Of a stretch of DNA of 64,000 bases, positions 24,243 to 35,724 are shown one piece after another. How positions within the stretch are numbered: position 1 is the first letter of the stretch; the number at the start of each line of letters is the position of its first letter. The notes under the pieces were generated by a model, which worked only from the letters and a program-made list of their open reading frames with translations, was not told the origin of the DNA and did not search any database. The stretch is taken from NCBI GenBank assembly GCA_051362555.1, contig CM120640.1, forward strand, positions 18,662,001 through 18,726,000. The letters are read 5' to 3'. Origin of the DNA: Lingula anatina. Its lineage: Eukaryota > Animalia > Brachiopoda. The position numbers and the translations under genes are program-made.

Positions 24243-27200
24243 TTAATAGATTTGAAATATCGACAAGTACTATGATACATACTGAATTGAATTGTTACAT
24301 ACATGATTTGCTGTATTGTACAACGAGAATGGGCTTTCTTGATCGGATGACCATATATTCATCAGAACCGACATCCAGTTGCACAAATCCCCCTTGTCGT
24401 TGAACTGTGTGCTTCTCAGTACTTAGCAAGGATAATAGGTTTGTGCCACAACGACATGTAGAATCGCGATACCTCATTACCCTCAGTTCACTGTCGTCCT
24501 CGCTAGCTGTAAATAAAATAAAGAAGAAACTCTTTCAATCGATTTCATTACATTTTAATACAGCACTGATAATGATAGAATGTCTATAAAGAGGCCTTTT
24601 TCAAATTTTTGAATTGAATAAAATTACAATTAAATTTTTAAACAATGATCAGTTACAAAATTTAATGAATGATACTCCAAGTATGACAACATATTCACAA
24701 TATTATTCATAAAATGTGAAACTGAAAACTGAGAATTTACTTACCTATTAATCTAAACACATCCCCTGCTTTTCTCTCTGCTAAAGGAGCGGTAACAAAG
24801 TGTTTTCCCCAGGTAGACACTGGTGGTATCATCTCTTCGATATGATCATAAGAGGTTTTCCAACTAGTTCCATTAATTGTCAAAAGTTCTGTGCTATCTT
24901 TGTCCCATTCAGTACCATTTATCATTATTTTTTCGTTGCCAAAAATAGATGTCCGCTCATTTCCAGATACGACTACAATGGGCTCTTCAGAAGTGATTAT
25001 TGTTCCTGTGAGATCTTTGTCACACAAAATTTGAAAAGTTGAACCATAGCTCTTGAAAGTTGACATATCAAATCCATCTATTTGTACAGAAAGCGGATTG
25101 GTGTATCCAGGAATTGTAGCAAAATTAATTGCAACTGGATCGTCCGATCTCCACGGAAATGTGAAGTTCACTTGAAAACTTTCTGCTGCTGGGTCCCTTA
25201 CTATTGCCGGCGCTACAACTTGAAAAAGGCAATGTGCACTATTAGTATCAGTTATATAATGATACTGCGATGTTCCTGTTCCAATGTAACTGATCTATCA
25301 GTAAAGCTAGGAAACGGTCAGAACCAAGAAAAAATAGAAATAAGATAGAGATTCTTTAATGCTAACACACTATGACTTTATTTTTCCTTACAATTAGGCT
25401 GTTCAAATGATTATTTGTTTGCTCTTTATTTCAACGCACAGTAGTCAATAGTAAGTCAAGTGATAAATATCCACAGACGCATTTAAAAGTCAGCTTACAA
25501 GCAGCTCTGCATGTTGAACCAGCGTATTAGCATGCAGTGGTCAATTAATTAATGCTCCTCGCCTACTCTTTTGTTATACATGGCAGTTACCACAATCTCT
25601 TGTCATGTCTCGAAGAAGACAATGACAAATAGATTTTATATTCATTTTCAACGTGTATTTAAGAATGACATTCCAGCAAATTTGAAAACTTACCAATAAA
25701 AGCTGATCCAAATCCACTGCCAAAGAATTTTCTCCTCCAGGATGGAACCACGTAGTGCTTCCCCAATCCAGCTGCTGGCAGTACCAGAAAAGAATCCGTG
25801 CTGGCATTGTACTTATTTACAGCGAAGACGGAAATTTTTATGTCACTTTCTATAAAAAATGTTCTTTTTTTTGATGTAATCAAGAAGTAGCTTATCAGAC
25901 ATTTTAAATTTGTTGATGTTGTTCAGATTTTGTAGTGTGACATTTTTCCCTTCACCTGGATTTAACTGAATCTGAAATTAAACAAATATGTTTTTATCAT
26001 AAATCTTTTCACCGGCTTTTGAGTTCTTTGTTTTTATTTTCTGATCTCTCACATAAGATAAAGATTATTTTGGTTTTTGTATGTTTGAGTGTAACAAGTT
26101 AACAGTTTGTACAGCAATTGAATTATCTTACGTGATGGTAAGTAAATAAACAGCGGCCCATTATTGCAATTTAACCAAAATGTCTCTGCGTTAGTATACA
26201 TTACAGACGTTAGTGTATTATTAAAAATGTTGCATCTCGGAAGGGCTCGAGTGTTTCTTAATCGAAATTCACTGTAAATTTTTTACTTGGCGGACGTAAA
26301 AATTCAGATAGCACATGATTTTAATGTGTTACTACGATGTCTTGTAAGGTCCGTAAATGCACTTATAATGAAGTAACTAATTTAAATGAAAAAATAGGCT
26401 GGAGCTACTTCTTTTCAGATGTCGTAACAAGAGCTAAATCTGTTTGTTTAATTCAATTTTATAAGATGGAGAAAATTACCGGTGGTCCTATTGGGGTCTT
26501 CGTTTTAAAATCACCTAGTTCAGACACACTGACAGTGCCTGTATTATCATCATTGTTGATGATGTGGATCTCTCGTGGGATTGTTTTTTCTAGTCCACTT
26601 GGTCCAAACACAACCATGAACTGTTTTTCAAGATCAGTGGCTGCTCCTGCAATAACAGTTAATCTACTGATTCACTGATTTTCATCTCAACATAGCACGG
26701 TGTGTTGCAAAGACCACAGATTTCTTGCTGTATAGCTTTAAAACATGTCACAGGTAACATATACTCAAACGTGTCATCATATAGAGAATATCTATTAATT
26801 AGTTCGAGCATATTAATTAATTAGTTCAATCAGCTTACACCTACATGTATCCAGGCAAAAAGAAGCTACTTACCGAGCCCCTTTGGAATAAATGGTAACA
26901 GAAAAGCACACATCAGAATCACCATGGTCATCTTTCCTGGATTTAGTCCTTCCTGGTAGGATGAAAACGAACGTCTATAAAAAGCATCATGGGTGATCTA
27001 TATTTATTTTGACTCAGAAATAGTTTTCTGTGACATAAAGATAGTAAGCTCGGTTCATTACTTCGTCTCAGATAGGCTGCATCCAGGGGGCTCAAAGAGG
27101 ATGGGGATTTTTATTGGTTAAGAATAATGCTACGGTGGAGATATTAACTCACTAGGATATCCCATGCGTTGGGCACATGCTAAATTTAAGCACCGTACTT

Positions 27201-29532
27201 TAGAACCCCAAGGTTACTACGTGATTTCACACCTTAAACTAAACATCCATAGACTGTGTCGGAAAGGAGTAACATCTTCGGACGGCTTGGTCCCCTTCTT
27301 CTCAGATCGAGTATTGGATTCATTCTAACTGAAGGGGAGCTCTTACTCTTTTTCGAGATCTTTAAAGTATACGTAAGCTTATTTGACATGCATGGAGTAC
27401 AATGGTCTGGTGTAATCGCTGTCACATTTAAAGTTGATTCAATTGCAATGAAAGGAGACATCAATTATGCTGTTCTTGTGTAGTTGTCCCTCTTGAATGC
27501 TAGTTTGGTTTCTTTTATTTAAACTACAAATACAGTGTTCGGTTAGCTATTATGAAAAAAGAACTGATCAAGATTTCAAAGACATATCTTCGTTGAAGCA
27601 ACTGTAATCTGTATTTGACATAGAATTAGGTGTTATCTATTCTGTGGAAAATCTAATTAAATTTTGTAGGCATTTTTATGTTGAGATAGTTTTAATCAAT
27701 TTTATCATGTCATTGGTCGCATTACGGGCCTAATAGATAATTCAGAAGAGCCAATGTGCCTAAATAGAGAATTTCGATAAACTGAAAGGATGACTTCATG
27801 AAAATATTACGAACTGTATTTTTAAGAAAAAAGATCGCTCCACTTTTATGTACAATGTCATCATGTTGGAGGAAAAAATCCTACAGGTACAGCAAGGACT
27901 TAATGTTGCAAGATGATAAATAGCACTAAAAGGCACAGGCCAAAGACTGTTTTCTCCCTTTTTTCCTTCTTGAAAGAATTTATCCCACCATAACAAATTG
28001 TGGATATAGCTGGTTGCTTGAACACGTGGCAAAAATGGTCTGATCTGAGGACAGGAATGGCAAGGAAATTTGCCCAAGATAGCTAGAGAAAAGTGGAAAC
28101 ACTGACGCTCTGACCATAATGAAACAACGGTCAAATATTGTAGCTATGACATCTTTACTAGATGATGTTTAGACCCGATTAAAAAAAAAAAAACATGTAC
28201 ACTGGCTGTCATAGTGGTCGCCATATATCTCCAGTTTCTGAACAATGACATCCCCGAGTACCCACCCCCACACCCCCGAGTATAAGGTCATACTGTATGT
28301 TCAATGATGAAATCTTGAATTTTTGAAACGCATTGAAAAAAAGGTTCTCGATTTGTTTGTTTCTCTTATATTGTACCAGACGCCATATTTTGGGCAAACA
28401 GTTCATGTATAAATTTATCGGTTGTCGGCACATGTCTCTGTGAACACGATGTTGGGTAACTGAGAAGATATAACAATAAATTATAAAGTAAGCTCGGTAG
28501 TATTAGTATGTATTCACCTCAGCAGCAAAGTTACATGATAAAAACACAATTTAATTCATGAGTTAAAAAACGATACACTGGTAGATGGGCTGTATTTTAA
28601 TGAGCAATTTTAATTAAAATCACAACTGAGAATTCCTACCATCCGTGGGGACATGATATTTCACAATAAGAGTCCCTGTCATACATGCAACTGCTCTAAC
28701 ACAATCTCCTCGAGCAAATTATCACGATCCTTTGAACTTAAGGCAAAAATTAAATTGTGAAAAAATTAATTGACAGCCAAGTACGCAAGCAGAGCAGTCA
28801 ATTTAATCATCATTATCAATCTTATTTCCATATTTTACAAAATACATCGTTCACGGGAAATAAAAACGAGGGGATTCATCTGTGACTGAGAAAATAGAGA
28901 GGGCAGATAGAGATAATGCCAAAAAATCCTTTCATAACAACGTTATCCAGATATTCATGTCACATCTCGATAGACGCAAGTTGATTTTTAAATCTTAATT
29001 TTTATAATATGAAATTATAATAGACACACATACAGCAGCATCACAATTTGAGCAGTAGCATTGTAAGGAAAAGAAACGAAAAGCTCTTCTCGCTTCTTTG
29101 CGTTTTCCCACACTTCTGAATCTCCTCCTTTTAAAGTTAAGCAATCTTTAATGTGGTATCATGGAAGTAAGAAGGTTTGTTTTCATTACAAGTGAATAGT
29201 TGTAATCACGGGATGTTACCATGACATTATTTTTTCTACTGAATTAATTGGTAAACACGATATTTCGAAAAAGAAAAGTTAATAAGAATTTGCATCTACT
29301 ACGTTTATGTTAAAAGTTCGTAAAAGTTTAAGCTGAGATTTGCATGAATAATGAACCAAAGGCTCCAGTGTCTGGATTCTGCAAACGCGTAATAATAGGT
29401 TCAAGAAATCATATGATTTTTGACACTTATTCGAAGAGAATGCCCCCTAAAGGCAGACTTTAATTTAAATAAAGAACGATTATAGAAATTGAAATCTTTT
29501 ACATTCGGAATTTCGCAGCGATGCTCGCGAAC

Positions 29533-30427
29533 CTATTTTCCTAGAATTGGCCCACTGGGTTTGACGTGCATGAATGTGTATTCCAAGTCTTCGTCCACAC
29601 GGCCATCTCCGTCGTCGTCCACGCCATTATCGTGCTCCTCATCGATGCGCCCATCACAGTCGTTGTCAATGCCGTCTCCTGCCACTGAAGTCGTGGGTTG
29701 ACAGTAACTGTACAGCGGGGAATGGCGCATACCAGCAGGGTGGCCGTAAGCTTCATACTTCACGAAACCGTACGATAGAACCATAAACGTTGCCGTTGGA
29801 TCAGAGTGATTCATGGTATGTAATCCGGGTTTTATACGCAGTGTTGCAGCGGAGAAGCCAGAGTCACCCAGTACCATCCAACGATGGCCGTAAACCGAGG
29901 TAAAGAGACTTCCGTCCAATACAAGTCCACTTGCTTGGTGTGACTGGACGGCTACGGTTATGAAGTTGTTATACTCGTCTTGTAAAACTCCCTTGAAAGT
30001 TGTAAAGGAGTATCTTTCGCGGTACTGCTCGACTGGGGGAATAACCATCATCAAGGGATCACTGCCGGCGAAGTCGGCTATTGCTGAAAATAAGCATTAA
30101 AGAGATAATAACTCTATTTTCCTGGAGTAAACAACAATTTTCCCATACTTACCAATGGTTAATGAATCCATTTTTACATTCAAAATTAGTCCTTGTTTTT
30201 TTTTCTAAAAAAAGTATGTTTTTTGTTAAAATCTCTTAGGAGATTTTAACAGAGTACAGCCATCAATGGAGGTCACGTGGTCTAAAGACAAGCTCAGATA
30301 TCAGAATAATAGCTATAACTGCCGTTTTTGTGGTAAAACAGAATATATTACATTTCTAAGAGTATTCACAATGTTTTTATTGTGAAATATAGATCTCATA
30401 TGAGGAGTTATTATCCCTTTAATACAA

Positions 30428-30493
<66 letters not shown>

Positions 30494-33277
30494 AGGTTTA
30501 AACTGAAGCTGCAATCGAATCTTATACAATGAAATTCGATCCTCAAACAAATCTAAATCTTATCTATACTTGTTACAGTATATCAAACATGTACAATAAT
30601 AATTTTCAAATATTTATCTACAATAGATTTGAAATATCAACAATCGCTCTGTTGATTACAGCTGAAAAATGCCAAAGCGGTACACTGTATAATAAATATT
30701 GACTTGATTTAAATTACATACGTGATTTGCTGTATTGTACAACGAGAATGGGCTTTCTTGATCTGATGACCATATAATCATTAGAACCAACATCGAGTTG
30801 CAGGAATTCCCCTTGTCGTTGAACTGTGTGCGTCTCAGTACTTAACAAGGATAAAATGTTTGGGCCACGATGACATGTAGAAGCGCGATACTTCAGTACG
30901 CTCAGTTCACTGTCGTCCTCGCTAGCTGTTGGAAAAATAAAGAAGAAACTCATTGAATAAATGTAATTAAAATTTTAATACAGCACTGATAATGATAGAA
31001 TGTCCATAAAAAGTCTTTTTTTAATTTGATTTTGAAACAATGATCAGTTTCAAAATTTAATGAGTGATGCTCCAACATGACAACCTATGTTCGCAAATAT
31101 TACGCATAAAATGTCAAACTGAAAACTGACAATTTACTTACCTAATAATCTAAACACATCCCCTGCTGTTCTCTCTGCCAAAGGAGCGGTAACAAAATGT
31201 TTTCCCCAGGAAGACACTGGTGGTATCATTTCTTCGATATGATCATAAGAATTTTGCCATCTGGTCCCATTAATTATTACATCTATCTTTCCGTCTTTAT
31301 CCCATTCGGTACCGTTTATCATTATTATTTCGTTAGCAAAAATTGATGCACGTTCGTTACCAGATACGACTACAATCGGCTCGTCAGAAGTGATTATTGT
31401 TCCTGTGAGATCTTTGTCACACAGAATTTGAAAAGATGAACCTTTGTATTCATATGTCGACATATCGAATCCATCTATTTGTACAGAAAGCGGATTGGTG
31501 TATCCAGGATCGTCCGATCTCCATGGAAATGTGAAGTTCACTTGAAAACTATCTGCATGTGGGTCCCTTATTATTGCTGGCGCTACAACTTGAAAAAGAA
31601 GGAATGCACTGTTAGTATCAATTGTAAAATTATACTGCGATGACCGTGTTCCTTTAACCGAGCAAAAAGTTTAACAAAATTTCGTAAAGAAGCAAGCAAA
31701 TAGAAAAACAAATAGGAAAAAGATACCTTAATGCTAGCACACTCTGAATATTATTTTCATTTATAGCATCATGCCCAAGTTGGGCTGCTCAAATGCCGTT
31801 GAGGTATTATTAATTTGCTCTTTTTTCATCGCATAGTAGTCAATATTAAGTCCGGCGAAAAACAGTCACACACGCAATAAAAAGTGAAGCTTATAAGCAA
31901 CTTTATTAAACCAGAGTATTAATTAGCATGCAGTAGACAATATATTTTTAATCCATACCCATTCTAATTAATGCGTCTCACCTTCTCTTTCAATATACAT
32001 GACAGTAACACAATCCCTTGTCATGTCTCGACGAAGAAAAAGAACATATGAATTTTATATTCATTCTTAACGTGGATTTAAGAATGTTATTCTGGCAAAT
32101 ATGGAAACTTGCCAATAAAAGATGATCCAAATCCACTGCCAAAGAATTTTCTCCTCCAGGATGGAACCACGTAGTGCTTCCCCAATCCAGCCACTGGCAG
32201 CACCAGAAAAGAATCCGTGCTGGCATTGTCCCTGTTTACAGCGAAGACGGAAATTTTTATGTCACTTTCTATAACAAATGTCCTGTCTTTGATGTAATCA
32301 AGAAGTAACCGGGCTTTTGAGTTCTTTGTTTTTATTATCTAGACTCTCATATAAGAGAAAGATTATTTTGGTTTTTGGATGTTTGAGTGTAACAAATTAA
32401 TAGTTTGTGCAGCAATTGAATTATCTTACGTGATGGTAAGTAAATATATATAAACAGCGGCCCATTATTGCAATTTAATCAAAATGTCTCTGCGTTTGTA
32501 TACATTACAGACGTTAGAGTATTGTTATTTTGAAAATGTTGCATCTCGGAAGGGCTCGAGTGTTTCTTAATCGAGATTCACTGTAAAATGATACCTTTAC
32601 ATTACCGACGTAAAATTCAGATGGCACATTATTTTTATATTTTATCACGATGTCTTTAAGCTCCGTCAGTTGTATTTGTATATGTCAAAACAGGTCACGT
32701 CACAAGTACATTAATGAACTTATAATGTAGTAACTTATTCAAATGAAGAACAGGTCAAAATCTAATTCTTTTTAAAATTTGTGACAAGACCGAAGCTGGA
32801 GACGAACTCGTTTAATTCAATTTTATAAGATGGTGAAATTACCGGTGGTCTTATCGAGATCTTCGTTTTAAAATCACCTATTTTGAACACATTGACAGTG
32901 CCTGTGTTATCATCATTGTTGATAATATGGATCTCTCGTGGGATTGGATTATTTATTCCACTTGGTCCAAACACTACCATGAACTGTTTCTCAAGATCAG
33001 TGGCTGCTCCTGCAATTACAATTAATTTATTGTAAGGCCGATTTTCATTTCAACATAGCACCGTATGTTGCAAAGACCACGGGTTTCTTACTATATAACT
33101 TTAAAACATATGTAACAGTTAACATATACTCAAACGTATTCTCATTGGAGAATATCAATTAATTAGTTCAATCAGAGTACACCTATCCAGGTGAAAAGAA
33201 GCCACTTAGGCTCCCCTACCTATTTCGTTTGGAATAAATGGTAACAGTAAAAAACACAACAAAATCACCATAGTCAT
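29533..33277 (-). pseudogene. Gene C: secreted-type FCGBP-N paralog, probably disabled
   Basis: Exons 33277-33220, 33009-32843, exon-3 remnant 32307-32113 (acceptor and first ~27 codons deleted; donor GT>GC), 31588-31142 (27-nt in-frame deletion), 30925-30722, 30083-29533. Ends DEDLEYTFMHVKPSGPILGK*. Confidence 0.75.
30433..30489. repeat. (TA)n microsatellite in intron 5 of gene C
   Basis: Perfect TA run. Confidence 0.95.
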
Positions 33278-35724
33278 CTTTCCTGGTTTTAGTCCTTTCC
33301 CGTTGGATGAAAAACGTACGTTAATAAAAAGCGTCATGGGTGATCTATATTTATTTTGGCTCAGAAATAGTTTTCTATGACCCATAGATAGTAAGCTCGG
33401 TTCATCACTTTGTCCGAGATAGGCTGCGTCCAGGGGGTCCAATAGGATGGAGATTTTCATTGGTTAAGAATTACGCTACGGTACGGTATGACAAACCAAT
33501 GTACATAAACTGTGTGGGCAAGGAGTAACAGCGCCTAACCGCAAAGAACCATTTCTTCTCAGATCGAGTACTGGAATTTGTTTTGAAGGAAAAGGGGAGA
33601 TTACTCTTTTCGTGAGATTTCTGAAGTAAAGTTTGACGTGCATGGAGCATGTTGGTCTGTTGTAATTGCCATCTCATTTTAAATCTAGTCAAAATCAATG
33701 AAAGTAGACATCAGTTATGTTGTTCTTGTGTCATTTTTAATACCAGTATAATTTATTTCACTTAGACTACAAACGTAGTGGCGAGTTAACTATCATGAAG
33801 AAAAAAAAAGATCAATATTTCAAAGACATATCAAGCAAGTGTAATCTGTATTTGACATAGAATTAGGTGTTATCTATTCGGTAGAAAATCTAATTAAATT
33901 TTGTATATATTTTTATGTTGAGACAGTTTTTATCGATTTTATCATGTCACTGTCGCACTACAGGTCAGAAGACCCAATATGCTTTGATGGAGGATTTCGA
34001 TAAATTAAAATGGAAAACACTGACGCATAGACGTGTGATTATTCGACAGACGGCCAAGAGAACTGATACTTTTAACAGATGATGTTCAGACCCGATCTAT
34101 AACGTGTTTTACCCCAGTTTTAGTAGTATGGAGCTTGGGCATAACATTATGTCCAAGTATGGAGTTACAGCGCCCCCGTAACGCCCCCCCCCCCCCCCCC
34201 CCACCATCCTGACAGGAGGCTAGTCTACCACAATTTGCTCCCCACCGTGTTGGTTCTCTTTTGTACAGCCCACTGCCGGGAGGTTCTGAATGTGGTTTTG
34301 AATGGAAAGAGATGTGCTTATCTAAGTATTTAAAAATTTAGGTCCTACAAGTGAAGCAATGGAATCGCGAATTTTGATAAGCATTAAACGACCTCGATTT
34401 CGTGATAGACTAATCTCATTTATTTTCCATTGTAACTAACACCTTATTTTGGAGAAATAGTTCATGTTCAAATTCATCTATGCAAAGGGCACATCTTTTT
34501 GTGAACAAGATGTTAAGTTACTAACATTTATTATCATGATTGGTAAGAAATGGTTATAAAAGAATGACATCAAATCACGAAATTAGCCAGGTGATATTAG
34601 TATGCCTTCATATCAGTAGCGAAGTTACATGATAAAAACGCAATTTACTGGGGGATGGGCTGAATGCTAATGTAATGTGTAATCAACCACACGTTAGAAT
34701 TCCCACCTTTCACAGGAACTTTCTCAATGCTGTGCCCGTGCTGTCTGTTGCGGCTGCTCTACCACAATCTCCTCAGACAAATTGTCACAATCTTTTTAAA
34801 GGGTATTGTAAGGTAGAAAGGGTCTTTATTTAGCAAAATAGCTTTCCTCGTTTCTCTTATGCGAAATGCTTCATAAAAGTGCAATAAAAATAAAGAGTAC
34901 AAACTCCCTTTTTTGTTCACCACCCCACGCACTTCAGCACATAGGATGGGCAATCTTTCTTTAAGTCATTTTTTTCTACTTTGTAACTTGGTGTAAGAAG
35001 GTGAAAAATAAGGGCCGCTCTCAAATTAAGACGAACGTGACCATCCACTCACCAGATTTGTACACTTGGTCAATTTTCAGAAAAAGACAAGGGCCTTACA
35101 ATCAATCAACACATTTAATTTCCACAAATTATAAATAAAATCAAGGACAGATCAATGATTTACACAATTCTAAATATAAACATAATTTCAAGTCAAAACC
35201 TGGAATAAAAATGGTATTGATAAAGTTTTGATACAGAAAATCTGCATCTATCCATGATTTTGACATTACAAGTTCAAAGATAAGAATGGCACTTTTAAAC
35301 TAGATATGCAAGGTAAAATAATACCTGCACTTTGGTTTTAGGCAAAAGCCACTGATATCAAGTTCACTGAGCAGCAGCCCATAGTTCAACTATTTTAAAA
35401 GGTAATCTATCATTTATCTACAATGTATAATGAGACAATCAAATGATGCTCATAATCAGTCATTATAAAAAAAACGACTGCTTATATCTAAAAATAAACA
35501 ATATTTTGATTTTTGTTACCAATTTGATTGCACTATTTTCCATATTTCTCATTTTGTCTTGATCTCAATCTAAGTACAGATTTGTGCTATAGCATTTCAT
35601 CAGGTCACGTAAGCAAAACAATTTAACTCATACTACTCATGAAGGAATGTATCCAGTACATTTTCAAAACAAGCGATCCTTTTGCAAAGTAGTCCATACA
35701 ATTGTCACTATGGACCCTTTCCTT

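Larger units (their letters stand above)
22373..26931 (-). pseudogene. Gene B: secreted-type FCGBP-N paralog with a +1 frameshift in exon 3 (pseudogene or homopolymer sequencing error)
   Basis: Exons 26931-26874, 26646-26480, 25971-25694 (278 nt vs 277 in A; A8 run at 25865-25872), 25218-24745, 24506-24303, 22923-22373. Ends DEDLAYTFMHFKPSGPILGK* with no stalk or TM. Confidence 0.7.
21600..34800. repeat. Tandem segmental duplication, ~6-7 kb units (unit B ~21600-28740, unit C ~28750-34800), homologous to gene A region ~13885-21590
   Basis: Exons, introns and intergenic DNA align. ~19900-20600 is near-identical to ~27120-27830. The 3' flanks 21600-22372 and 28770-29532 match. C upstream is homologous to ~34800. 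Confidence 0.9.

Noticed and set aside
22958-24304. Cluster of 70-108 aa ORFs as a possible transposase
   Set aside because: They arise from GC-rich MITE sequence; no DDE or Myb-like motifs.
33278-33460. In-frame 61-aa N-terminal extension of gene C
   Set aside because: The homologous region has a stop in A and lacks the ATG in B, and it overlaps promoter-like motifs.
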